A DNA stretch of 64,000 bases from an uncultured Candidatus Rokubacteria bacterium (GTDB taxonomy: Bacteria; Methylomirabilota; Methylomirabilia; Rokubacteriales; DASRDR01). Shown piece after piece: positions 55,415-64,000 of this stretch; position 1 is the first letter of the stretch, and each line of letters opens with the position of its first letter. The stretch is from the NCBI GenBank assembly GCA_963799055.1, contig CAWCVP010000009.1:2299-66298 (forward strand). Direction: 5' to 3'. A program made the position numbers and the translations under genes. Under the pieces are notes generated by a model. That model was not told the DNA's origin, did not search any database, and was given only the letters and a program-made list of their open reading frames with translations.

Positions 55415-56695
55415 TGACGCGCAGCGCGGGACGCATCCACTACGCATGGATCGTTCTGGCCGGGACGGCCATCGCGCTCCTCGCGGCCTCCGGAGTGCGG
55501 AGCGCCTTCGGCGTGTTCATCAAGCCGATGGAGGCGGAGTTCGGCTGGGACCGTACGGCGCTCTCCCTGGTCGCCTCGATATCGTTCGTGTTCAACGGGG
55601 CCACCGGGCCCATCGTCGGTCGGCTCGCCGACCGCTGGGGCGCCCGCGTGGTCCTGACCGGTTCGGGCGTCCTCCTCGGCGTCGGCGCCCTCGGCGCGGC
55701 GTTGGTCGTCTCGCTCTGGCAACTGTACGCGACCGTCGGGGTCATCATCGCCGTCGGCGCCGGCAGCGCGTCGGCGGGGATCGCCGCGGTCATCGCGTCC
55801 CGCTGGTTCGAGGCGCGGCGTGGCTTGGCCATCGGGATCGCCGGCGGGGCCATGGCGGCCGGCCAGCTCCTCGTCGTTCCGCTGGCCATGTGGCTCACGC
55901 GTCGGCTGGGGCTGGCGGACGGCGTTCGTGGCCCTCGGGGCGGGCTTCCTCGCGATCATCCTGCCGCTGATCCTGGCGCTCATCCGGAACGATCCGCAGG
56001 ACATGGGTCTCCAGCCCTACGGCGCCGCCCCCGGCGCCCGGGCCGACAAGCGCGTGGACCCGTCGATCGAGCGCACCACGCTCCGGGAAGCGATCGGGAC
56101 GACGCCGTTCTGGCTCCTCTGCGGGAGCTTCTGGGTCTGCGGCTACACCAGCACCGGGCTGGTCCTCACCCACCTGATCCCCCACGCCACCGAGCACGGA
56201 TTTCACGGGGGCCAGGCGGCGCAGGCCCTCGGCGTGATGGGCGCCTTCAACATCGTGGGGACGATCGCGTCCGGCTGGATCTGCGACCGCTACGGGCTGA
56301 AGGGTCCCCTGGCCGCCTACTACGGCCTGCGCGGCCTGTCGCTCCTGTTCCTCCCCTACGTCGGGACCGTGCCCGGGCTGTTCGCGTGGGCGGTGGTGTT
56401 CGGCCTGAACTACATTTCCACGGTGCCGGCCACGACCGCGCTCACGGCGAAGATCTACGGACGGTATTCCGTGGGCGAGCTGTCGGGCTGGATCTTCTTC
56501 TCGCACCAGATCGGGTCGGCCGTGGGGGCGCTGGTCGGCGGCCACTTCTACGATCGCTTCGGTGACTACACGGTCGCGTTCCACTCGGCGGCGCTGGTGG
56601 CGTTCGCGGCGACCATCATGGTGCTGGCGATCCGGGAGCGCCCGGTCACCCGGCGGCCGCCCGCGGTCGTCGTCGCCCCGGCACCCGGTGTCTGA
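55411..56695 (+). CDS. MFS transporter, with a +1 frame break near 55907
   Basis: ATGA overlap with rbsK. MMTRSAGRIHYAWIVLAGTAIALL...LAMWLTRRLG (track ORF 55234 frame) joins WRTAFVALGAGFLAIILPLIL... (track ORF 55820..56695) across a GGGG run at 55906..55909. Confidence 0.85.
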
Positions 56696-56710
56696 CGGGG
56701 CACGGAGGGC

Positions 56711-57502
56711 GTGACGATGGAAGCCCGCACGATCCTGACGGCCTGCTCGGACGGCGTGGCCACGATCACGCTGAACCGGCCGGAGGTGCGCAACGCGTTC
56801 GACATGACGATGCGGCAGGATCTCGAGGCCGCCCTGGTGGCGCTCGACGGGGATCCGGGCGTGCGGGTGGTGGTGGTCCGCGGGGCCGGGGAGCACTTCT
56901 GTGCCGGCGGCGACGTCAAGCTGATGCGCGACAACCCCATGACGGCGGCGGAAGGGCAGTCCCGGGTCGAGGCGATCAACCGCGCCATCCTGGCCCTCGC
57001 GCGCTTCCGCGCGCCCACGATCGCCATGGTCGACGGGGCCGCGGCCGGCGCGGGCTGCAACCTCGCGCTCGCGTGCGATCTCGTGGTCGCCTCGGACCGG
57101 GCGCGCTTCGGGGAGGTGTTCGCCCGGATCGGTCTGATCCCCGACGCGGGGGGCACGTACTTTCTCCCGCGCCGGGTCGGTCTCGCGCGGGCGAAGGAGC
57201 TCGTGTTCACCGCCGACATCGTCGACGCGCGCGAGGCGGAGCGGATCGGGCTGATCAACCGCGTGGTCCCGGCCGCCGACCTCGAGCGGGAGGCCTACGC
57301 GCTCGCGCGTCGGATCGCGGACGGTCCGCCCCGGGTGCTGGCCGCCGCCAAGGCGCTCCTCGACCGCGCGGCCGGCCTCGATCTCGAATCGGCGCTCCAC
57401 TGGGAGGCGCTCACGCAGGGGGCCATGATCTCGGCCGCCGACCATCGTGAAGGCCTCCGAGCGTTCTTCGAGAAGCGGCCGCCTCGGTTCACGGGCGCGT
57501 GA
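56711..57502 (+). CDS. enoyl-CoA hydratase/isomerase (crotonase) family protein
   Basis: Track ORF 263 aa: ITLNRPEVRNAFD, FCAGGDVK, VDGAAAGAGCNLALACD, EGLRAFFEKRPPRF. Confidence 0.9.
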   Translation: MTMEARTILTACSDGVATITLNRPEVRNAFDMTMRQDLEAALVALDGDPGVRVVVVRGAGEHFCAGGDVKLMRDNPMTAAEGQSRVEAINRAILALARFRAPTIAMVDGAAAGAGCNLALACDLVVASDRARFGEVFARIGLIPDAGGTYFLPRRVGLARAKELVFTADIVDAREAERIGLINRVVPAADLEREAYALARRIADGPPRVLAAAKALLDRAAGLDLESALHWEALTQGAMISAADHREGLRAFFEKRPPRFTGA

Positions 57503-57547
57503 ACGTCGCCCGACGCAAGTTGTCGCCGCGAAAAGGATTCCCAATCC

Positions 57548-57577
57548 TTGACAGCTTTTGCGAGCGGGTAGTAGGCT
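57548..57577 (+). promoter_or_regulatory. promoter candidate upstream of the fabH-like gene
   Basis: TTGACA (57548..57553), 18-nt spacer, TAGGCT (57572..57577). Confidence 0.4.
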
Positions 57578-57614
57578 GGCGGCGGCTGTAACCCTCCGAT
57601 CGCGAAAGGCAGCC

Positions 57615-58709
57615 ATGCGGAAAGCCAAGATCATCGGGACGGGAATGGCGGTGCCCGATTGCGTGGTGGACAACCACCTGCTCGCGCGCTGCTTCACCAC
57701 GTCCGACGAGTGGATCACCCAGCGCACCGGGATCAAGGAGCGCCGGGTGCTGCCGAGCACCTTCCGGTTCCTGCAAAGGCTCGCGGTGGAGCCGGACAAG
57801 GCCGCGTACGTCCGGGAGGTCTTCGATCAGGGCGTCGACGGGCAGATCGACGCCGAGCTCACGCCCGCCGACCTCGGGCGCGAGGCGGCCGAGATGGCGC
57901 TCAAGAACGCCGGGCTCCAGATCGACGACATCGACTTCATCATCGTCACGACGACGATTCCCGAGTACGCCTACCCCCACACCGGGGCCGTGATGTCGGC
58001 GAAGTTCGGCCTCACCTCCACCCCGGTGCTGAACCTCCAGCAGGGGTGCTCCGGATTCGTCTACGCGCTGGCGGTGGCCGACGCGTTCATCCGGATCGGC
58101 ACCTACCAGAAGGTGCTCGTGGTCGGGGCCGAAGGGCTGTCGACGATGCTCGAGTACTCGGATCGGGGCCGTGACATGGCCGTGCTCTTCGCCGACGGAG
58201 CGGGGGCCGCCGTGCTCCAGTCCGTCGACCAGAGCTCGCGGAGCGGGTTCATCTCCCACCACCTCCACCAGGACGGCACGATCCTCGACAAGCTCGTCGG
58301 CGAGATCTACGGGTCCTCGACCTATCCGATCGTGTCGAAGAAGAAGATCGACGACGGCCGGGCCAGGCCGACGATGAACGGCCGTGGCGTGTTCACCCAC
58401 GCCGTGCGGCGCTTCAAGGAGGTCATGCGGGAGGCGCTGGAGGCCAACGGGCTGACGCCCGAGGACGTGGACTTCTTCCTGTTCCACCAGGCGAACCAGC
58501 GGATCCTGGACGCGATCGCCGAGTACGCCAAGATCCCGGAGCACAAGATGTTCAACAACGTGCACAAGTACGGGAACACCTCGGCGGCCTCGGTCCCCAT
58601 CTGCATCCACGAGGCCTTCACGGCGGGGCGGATCCGGGAGGGCGACCTGGTCCTCACGGCCGCCTTCGGCGCCGGGTTCGCCTGGGGGGCCTCGCTCTTC
58701 CGCTGGTAG
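57615..58709 (+). CDS. fabH: 3-oxoacyl-ACP synthase III (FabH/KAS III-like) with an N-terminal-region insertion
   Basis: In-frame ATG of track ORF 57558..58709: MRKAKIIGTGMAVPD...SDEWITQRTGIKERR. Catalytic triad contexts QQGCSGFVYAL, FHQANQRIL and YGNTSAAS. Confidence 0.8.
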   Translation: MRKAKIIGTGMAVPDCVVDNHLLARCFTTSDEWITQRTGIKERRVLPSTFRFLQRLAVEPDKAAYVREVFDQGVDGQIDAELTPADLGREAAEMALKNAGLQIDDIDFIIVTTTIPEYAYPHTGAVMSAKFGLTSTPVLNLQQGCSGFVYALAVADAFIRIGTYQKVLVVGAEGLSTMLEYSDRGRDMAVLFADGAGAAVLQSVDQSSRSGFISHHLHQDGTILDKLVGEIYGSSTYPIVSKKKIDDGRARPTMNGRGVFTHAVRRFKEVMREALEANGLTPEDVDFFLFHQANQRILDAIAEYAKIPEHKMFNNVHKYGNTSAASVPICIHEAFTAGRIREGDLVLTAAFGAGFAWGASLFRW

Positions 58710-58746
58710 GTCGCCGCCCGGCCAGCGCCGGACTCGGCGCCCGCTA

Positions 58747-59401
58747 CTACGGCGTCGGCGGCGGCGTCGTGCGTGGTCCCGCAGCTCGGCGGCGCCGGTT
58801 CGTCGCCGGTCACGAAGACGACCGTGGCGGCGCCCTCGGTCTCGACCGAGTTCCCCCGGCCGTCGCGGCCGCGGAACTTCACCTGCGCCGTCGCGACGAG
58901 CGGGAGCTGGTTCGGAGGGCGCACGCGAGGGTCTTGCTTCACCGACGCCGGCACCAGGACGATCGGGAACGTCGCCGTGCCGGGCGTCAGGACGTTCATG
59001 GCCGCCACCGTAGCTGGGCGGCACGATCACCGCGGTCCCGAAGGTGAAGGGCCCCGGCAACGCGCCGCCGCTCACCGGGGTGAGCGTCACCGTGTACGAC
59101 TGGATGACGACGTTGTCGAGCGCGGTGGACGACGTGATCGTGGGGTTCTTCAGATTGTTCCGGAGGGTCGCGCAGGCGAGGGTCGTCGTCCCCGTGTTGA
59201 TGGACGAGTTGACGGTCCCGGTGCTCGTCGCTGCGCTCGTCCCGTGCCGATCGAGTCGACAGACAGGAAGACGAACGCGCTTCCGCTCTGACCGGAGCCG
59301 CCCTCGCAGCCGGCGAGGAGAGCCGCGACGGCCAGGAGCAGGACGCCGGCACGCGCGTGGAGCGGTCGGGGGCGAGCGGCGCGCGTGGACAGCCAGGCCA
59401 T
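58747..59401 (-). CDS. lipoprotein of unknown function, translationally coupled to the secretin gene; about 3 frame breaks
   Basis: ATGA overlap with the secretin stop. MAWLSTRAARPRPLHARAGVLLLAVAALLAGC (lipobox) EGGSGQSGSAFVFLSVDSIGTG / TSAATSTGTVNSSINTGTTTLACATLRNNLKNPTITS...VTLTPVSGGALPGPFTFGTAVIVPPSYGG / AAMNVLTPGTATFPIVLVPASVKQ...VVFVTGDE. Probable tandem TAG TAG stop at 58744..58749. Confidence 0.5.
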
Positions 59402-61782
59402 CACGGCTGGGGCGGCGTCCGCTCGGGCCGCAGGATGCTCGGGTGGACGCGCAAGTCCTTCTCCAGGCCCGGACGCTGCCCGCGCACCTGCTGGTAGATC
59501 TCCTGCCCCTCGCTCGGGTCTCCGATCACGCGGGGGGTGATCAGCAGCAGGAGCTCGGTCCGCTCCATTCGGTCGACGGTGGCACCGAACAGCCACCCGA
59601 TGACCGGGATCTTGGACAGCCAGGGAATGCCTTGCTTCGTGCTGGCCCGCCGGCTCCGGATCAGCCCTCCGAGCACCAGCGTCTGGTTGTCTCGAAGCAC
59701 GACGGACGTCTCCGCCTCCCGCTTGATGATGTCCGGGGAGAGGCTCGGGGGCCGGGGGTCGCCGACGTCGTTGACCGTCTGCTTCACGTCGAGGGCGACG
59801 ACCCGCTTGTCGCTGATGCGGGGCGTGACGGTCAGGATGATGCCGGCGTCGCGATACTCGACGCTCTGGGTGAGGACCTGCGAGGGGACCTGCTGCTGCT
59901 GCACCACCTGCCCGACGGCCGTCGACGCCGAGACCTGCTGCTGCGTGACGATCGGCACCGAGTTCGACACGTTGATGACGGCCTTCTTGTTCTCGGACGT
60001 CATGATCGTCGGGCTCGAGAGGACGGTCAGCTGGCCGTAGTTGGCGTAGAGGTTGAGCAGGCTGAGGAAGCGGTCGGTCTCGAACAGGAGCAAGCTGAAC
60101 CCCGCCGGGTCGGCACGGCCGCCCCGAGCCCCCCCAGGAAGGGCAGGGCCGCCGTCGCCGGGAGCGTCGACGGCGGCCCGACGTCGACGCGGGACACCGA
60201 GCCGACGTTGTAGGGGGTCCCGTTGACCGTGATGTCGCGCTGGCTTCGGAGCGTCCACTCGAGACCGAGGCGGTTCTCGTCGGTCAGACCGACCTCGGCC
60301 ACGAGCACCTCGATGAGGACCTGCTTCGGCGTCCGGTCGAGCCGCCGGATCGTGTCCTCGATGAGGGGCCAGTTGCGGGGGAACGTCGTGACGATGAGGG
60401 CGTTGTTGGGCTCGTCGGCGACGACCTTGACCTGGCCCTCGACCACGTTGGGCTCGAGATCGCCCCCGGTCGCGGCGACCGCCACGAAGCCGGGAGGCGC
60501 GGTCCCCGGAGGGACGGCGGCTCCCGGCGGGATGTAGCCGGGCGCGCCCGGCGGCAGGTCCCGGCGCTCCGGGCGCGCCGCACCCTCCCCGGGCTTCCCG
60601 AAGATCTCGGTCAGCGTCGCCCCCAGCTCCTTGGCCTTGACGTTCTCGACGTAGTAGACGAAGACGCGCTTGTTCGCCTGCGTGTCCACGTCGAGCTGAC
60701 CGATCAGCTTGGAGGTCATGTCGACGTCGGACCGGCGCCCGGAGACGATGAGCGCGTTCGTGCGCTTGTCGGGGAGGATCAGCGGCGGCCGGTCCCCGGA
60801 ATCGGCCGCGGCGCCGGGGAACGCCGGCGGCGCGGCCGGCGCCCCGGGACGCGGGGGGGCCGGACCGGGCGCGGGGGGCGCGGACACCGAGGTCCGGACC
60901 CGCCGGCCGGCGAAGAACTCGCTCAGTATCCGGCCCAGCTCGACCGCGTCCGCGTATCGGACGGGGATCAGCCGGAGCTCGTCGGTCGCGATCTCCACGT
61001 CGAGCACGCCGACGATCTGGAGCAGCCGGGCGATGTTGGCGGCGGTGTCGGTGACGATCAGCAGGTTGCCCTGGATCGACCAGGTTGCCGCCCTGTACGA
61101 AGGGCCGGAGCGTGGCCGCGATCCGGTCCGCCGGGGCGTGCTGGAGCGGCACGATCTGCGTGATCACCTCGTCGTCGCGGCGGGTGGGATCCGCCTGGGC
61201 GCCGATGACGGTGGGCAGGGGCCGCTCGCGGACGGCGGTCGTCGGCAGGATCTTGTAGAGGTTGCCGGCGCGGATGGCCGTGACGCCGTTGACCTCCAGC
61301 ACGGCCAGGAGGACGTTGAAGACCTCGTCCTCCGGGATCCGGCCCGACGTCTGGATCGTCACCTTCTTGCCGGCCACGCCCGGGCCGATCGTGTAGTTGA
61401 ACCCGGCGATCTCGCTGGCCGCCTGGATGACCGCCTCGATATCGGCATTGTCGAAGTTGAGAACGATCTGGCGCCCTGGTCGCGCCGGGGGCGTGATGGG
61501 CCGTCCGGGCGGCGCCTGGGCCAGCCCGGCGCCGGGCCGGGGGCCTGCGGGCGTCGGCACCGGGGCGGCGGCGCCCGGCTCCGTCCGGGGCGGGACGCTG
61601 GGCAGGGCGACCGGCCCCCCCGGCACGGGAGGCGTGGTGGGGGCCGCCGTCACGGTCACCACGGGGGCCGGCGTCGGAGGGGGTGTGGCCGCCGGAGGTC
61701 CGCTGGCTTTGGGTCCGGCGCACCCGCCCAGGACGGCGAGGCCGAGGACGGCGATTCGGCGACGCGCCAGCTGGCCGATCAT
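59401..61782 (-). CDS. pilQ: secretin (PilQ/GspD family) with a lipobox signal; two frame breaks (about 61078 and about 60115)
   Basis: Track ORF 59401..61782 carries the true N- and C-termini: MIGQLARRRIAVLGLAVLGGC; N0-like IVLNFDNADIEAVIQAASEIAGFNYTI; secretin core LTVLSSPTIMTSENKKAVINV...GIPWLSKIPVIGWLFG...LLITPRVI. The middle is in track ORF 60027..61007. Confidence 0.85.
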   Translation of the reverse strand: MIGQLARRRIAVLGLAVLGGCAGPKASGPPAATPPPTPAPVVTVTAAPTTPPVPGGPVALPSVPPRTEPGAAAPVPTPAGPRPGAGLAQAPPGRPITPPARPGRQIVLNFDNADIEAVIQAASEIAGFNYTIGPGVAGKKVTIQTSGRIPEDEVFNVLLAVLEVNGVTAIRAGNLYKILPTTAVRERPLPTVIGAQADPTRRDDEVITQIVPLQHAPADRIAATLRPFVQGGNLVDPGQPADRHRHRRQHRPAAPDRRRARRGDRDRRAPADPRPIRGRGRAGPDTERVLRRPAGPDLGVRAPRARSGPPASRGAGRAAGVPRRRGRFRGPAAADPPRQAHERAHRLRAPVRRRHDLQADRSARRGHAGEQARLRLLRRERQGQGAGGDADRDLREARGGCGAPGAPGPAAGRARLHPAGSRRPSGDRASRLRGGRRDRGRSRAQRGRGPGQGRRRRAQQRPHRHDVPPQLAPHRGHDPAARPDAEAGPHRGARGRGRSDRREPPRSRVDAPKPARHHGQRDPLQRRLGVPRRRRAAVDAPGDGGPALPGGARGGRADPAGFSLLLFETDRFLSLLNLYANYGQLTVLSSPTIMTSENKKAVINVSNSVPIVTQQQVSASTAVGQVVQQQQVPSQVLTQSVEYRDAGIILTVTPRISDKRVVALDVKQTVNDVGDPRPPSLSPDIIKREAETSVVLRDNQTLVLGGLIRSRRASTKQGIPWLSKIPVIGWLFGATVDRMERTELLLLITPRVIGDPSEGQEIYQQVRGQRPGLEKDLRVHPSILRPERTPPQP

Positions 61783-62476
61783 TCTTCCTCGTTCGGCTCC
61801 TGTTCCTCCGTGCCGGGAGGTGGCACGGGAGGCGGTGTGGGCGCGCGGGGCCGCCCGGGAGCCGCGGAGCCCCGGTGCCCGGTGACGGCGTGGGTGCGGG
61901 TGGCCTTCGGATCACCGGACGTCCCGCAGCTCCAGTCTCCGGCGATTGTACGCCGGAGGGTGCGGCGGCCTGGCGAGGTTTCGCAGGGTCGTAGAGCAGG
62001 ACCTCGAAGGTCTCGCCCCCCCGGCGCAGCACCACCCGGTCGGCCTTGATCTGCTCGAGCCGAGCGTCTCCCACCAGGTCGCCCACCGAGTACGCGAAGA
62101 CGCGTCGCCGCTGGACGTCCTCCAGATAGGCGCGGCCCCGCCCCTCGGGGAGCAGCACGATCCCGTGCAGACGGGGCCGCGGGGCGGGCGGCGCGACCGG
62201 AGCTCCGGTCCCGGTCGCGGGCCGGGGCGGCTCCGGTGGCGCTTCGGTCCGAGTCGCGCTGAAGAGATTCCGCTCGGCGACGGCCGCATACGCGGTGAGG
62301 GGGGGCCGCGTCGGGGCTGCCTGAGGCGCCGGTGCGGCGTCGCCCGTCGCGGGCGCGGCGGCCTCCGGCGGCGCGGCGGGGGGCCGCGCGCTCCACGTCT
62401 CGTACAGGCGGACGCCGAGGAACATGGCCGCGATCAGGAGGAGTCCGTTGGCGAGGTAGAGGAGACGTCGTCCCAC
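61779..62476 (-). CDS. PilP/GspC-like secretin-interacting protein; frame break near 61870
   Basis: MGRRLLYLANGLLLIAAMFLGV (TM), Pro/Ala linker, then LHGIVLLPEGRGRAYLEDVQRRRVFAYSVGDLVGDARLEQIKADRVVLRRGGETFEVLL. The likely true tail ...PPPVPPPGTEEQEPNEEE ends in an ATGA overlap with the secretin start. Confidence 0.6.
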
Positions 62477-62481
62477 GGTCG

Positions 62482-63114
62482 TCAGGCTCCGGGCCGAACG
62501 GGCGGCGCGGCGGTGGGCGGACGCGTGGCCCCCCCCGACCCTCCCGGAGCGAGGGTTCCGGCGGGGGCGGGAATGAAGCCGCTGAGCGCGATCGTGGCCG
62601 ACAGGTCGCGGGCGCCGCCGGTCGCCGGCGCCCGCACCTTGAGGTCGGTCAGGGCGAGCAGGATGGGTGCCGCTTCCAGCCGGTGCAGGAAGGCCGTCAG
62701 TCCGCGGATCGGCCCCGCCAGGGTCACCTCGACGGGCACCTCCGCGTATCCGCCGCGGTCCACCGGCACGAGGATCCGCTCGCTGCGGACCTCGATGCCG
62801 GACTCCTGGGCCGTGGACTTGACCAGCTTCTGGATCTCGGACGCGGCGACGGGCGCCTTCTCTCCGGCAAGAAGCCGCGCACGGCGGCGACCGATCTCCT
62901 CCTGGAGCACCGCGAGCTCACGGCGATACGCGTCCGTCCGGGTGACGAGGCGCTGCTGACGGGCGAGCAGTCCGCGCCGGGCGACGACGAGGTCGCGCGT
63001 CGCCGCGTGCGCCTCGATGAGGGGCTCGACGACGTAGATGTAGCCCACGACTCCGAGCGTGAGCAGGCCCGCGACAAGGAGTAGCCGGCGCTCGCGCGGA
63101 CGCAGTGCGGCCAC
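62482..63114 (-). CDS. PilO/GspM-like inner-membrane assembly protein
   Basis: Track ORF 210 aa, GTG start. N-terminal TM LLLVAGLLTLGVVGYIYVV, coiled segment, then the ferredoxin-like periplasmic pattern ...VEVTLAGPIRGLTAFLHRLE. Confidence 0.6.
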   Translation of the reverse strand: MAALRPRERRLLLVAGLLTLGVVGYIYVVEPLIEAHAATRDLVVARRGLLARQQRLVTRTDAYRRELAVLQEEIGRRRARLLAGEKAPVAASEIQKLVKSTAQESGIEVRSERILVPVDRGGYAEVPVEVTLAGPIRGLTAFLHRLEAAPILLALTDLKVRAPATGGARDLSATIALSGFIPAPAGTLAPGGSGGATRPPTAAPPVRPGA

Positions 63115-63115
63115 C

Positions 63116-64000
63116 TCAGCGACCTCCGCCCCGCCGTTCCCAGGTCGCGCGAAGCCGGAACTGCTCGCGATCCCGGCCCTTCGTCACCGGCGACGTGAAC
63201 TCCACGCGCTCGAAGCCCGGGGAGGCCTCCAGAAGCGGAATGAGCTGGGCGGCGGCATTGGCGAATCCGCCGAGCTCGAGTCCGCCACGGTCCACGGACA
63301 GATTCGTCAACCACGCGTCCGCCGGCAGGGTGTCGGTCAGCTCCTGGAGAACCGGAAGCGGTCGGAGGCCCTGGTCCTCGAAGGAGCGGAGCGTCGTGAC
63401 CTCGCGCCGGGCGCGCTCGACCTCGGCGGCGAGCTGCTCGGCTCGCCGGACCTCGGGGCCGAGCCGCGAGATGTCCGCCTCCAGCGCCGCCAGCACCCGG
63501 CGCTCCTTCACGAAGGTCACCGCGGGGATCGCGATCCCGATGCCGAAGGTGAGGAGGGCGAGCGCAGCGGTGGCGGCGAGCGGCCACGGGAACGGACGAG
63601 GGCGGAGCTCGTCGGGCAGGAGGTTTGCCACGAACGGCTTCTTCCCGGGGCGCTCCAGCGCGACGGCCAGGGCCGGCAGGCTCGCATCTTCGGGTGCCGC
63701 GACGCCGGGCAGGGCGGCGGCCCCGACGCGCACCGGAAGCCCGTCGACGGACACGGTCGTCGGGGCCGAGCCGGCGACGACGACCTCCGCGACCTCGGTC
63801 CGGTCAGCCTCGGGAAGGGCCGCGAGCGTCCGCGCCAGCTCCGTCGCCAGCGCTTGCTCCCGCGCCTCCCCCTCCGCGGGCAGTGGGAAGGCCCGGCTTC
63901 CCACCACACGGCCTTCGACGACGACGGCCAGCTCCGCGTCGGTCGCGTCGACCCAGACGACGATCCGTCCGCGCGTGTCGTCCTCGGCGATCCTGGCGAG
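63116..64000 (-). CDS. PilM-PilN fusion (GspL-like) assembly protein; N-terminus beyond the right window edge
   Basis: The frame of track ORF 63116..63907 stays open to position 64000. PilN-type FVANLLPDELRPRP plus a TM and periplasmic domain, preceded by an actin-like PilM C-terminal half (...VVVAGSAPTTV...). Confidence 0.6.
   Translation of the reverse strand, partial: LARIAEDDTRGRIVVWVDATDAELAVVVEGRVVGSRAFPLPAEGEAREQALATELARTLAALPEADRTEVAEVVVAGSAPTTVSVDGLPVRVGAAALPGVAAPEDASLPALAVALERPGKKPFVANLLPDELRPRPFPWPLAATAALALLTFGIGIAIPAVTFVKERRVLAALEADISRLGPEVRRAEQLAAEVERARREVTTLRSFEDQGLRPLPVLQELTDTLPADAWLTNLSVDRGGLELGGFANAAAQLIPLLEASPGFERVEFTSPVTKGRDREQFRLRATWERRGGGR

Noticed and set aside
4796-61900. 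Programmed ribosomal frameshifting as the explanation for the frame breaks
   Set aside because: There are no slippery heptamers or stimulatory structures at the junctions. The breaks occur in many unrelated genes, including essential iscS, and cluster in G/C homopolymers. Indel error is more parsimonious.
1-64000. CRISPR arrays, rRNA/tRNA genes, transposases/integrases, prophage or known defence-system genes
   Set aside because: Scanning both strands and the intergenic regions by eye found no regularly spaced short repeats, no cloverleaf-capable sequences and no recombinase-like translations. The only toxin-type module is brnTA.

Overview
This is a high-GC (roughly 70%) bacterial chromosomal window, densely coding on both strands. 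I saw no rRNA, tRNA or CRISPR array. All protein calls come from reading the translations and recognising motifs; no search was run.

Layout:
- 0.8-24 kb: an uptake and catabolism island with four tripartite tricarboxylate transporter (TTT; TctA/TctB/Bug-type TctC) sets. Two of them have TctA and TctB fused or nearly fused. They are interleaved with an LLM oxidoreductase, amidohydrolases, a PhtD-like decarboxylase, an LVIVD propeller protein, a class II aldolase, a LigAB extradiol dioxygenase and an orphan molybdopterin large subunit.
- 15.8-16.7 kb: a brnT-brnA toxin-antitoxin cassette lies between 48-bp direct repeats that duplicate the 3-prime end of the aldolase gene.
- 29-38 kb: a complete iscRSUA-hscBA-fdx-iscX operon, a convergent dsrEFH/tusBCD-like trio, and a divergent operon of a NifS-like desulfurase, a two-Cys IscU-like scaffold and cysE.
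- 38-58 kb: dinB; a liv-type ABC transporter with an embedded acyl-CoA ligase; an operon of DUF455, a second ferritin-like protein, a biotin carboxylase and a minimal BCCP; rpoD; cinA; a CoA-transferase; rbsK; an MFS transporter; a crotonase; and a fabH-like gene.
- 54071..54301: a SelW/Rdx-like gene with an in-frame TGA in a CxxU motif. It is a candidate selenoprotein that the ORF track misses.
- Right end: a pilM/N(fused)-O-P-Q-like secretin operon plus a translationally coupled lipoprotein of unknown function.

Other signals:
- A 75-93 bp palindromic intergenic repeat occurs two or three times.
- About 25 single-nucleotide frame breaks, mostly in G/C runs and spread over unrelated genes, look like homopolymer indel errors rather than pseudogenes.
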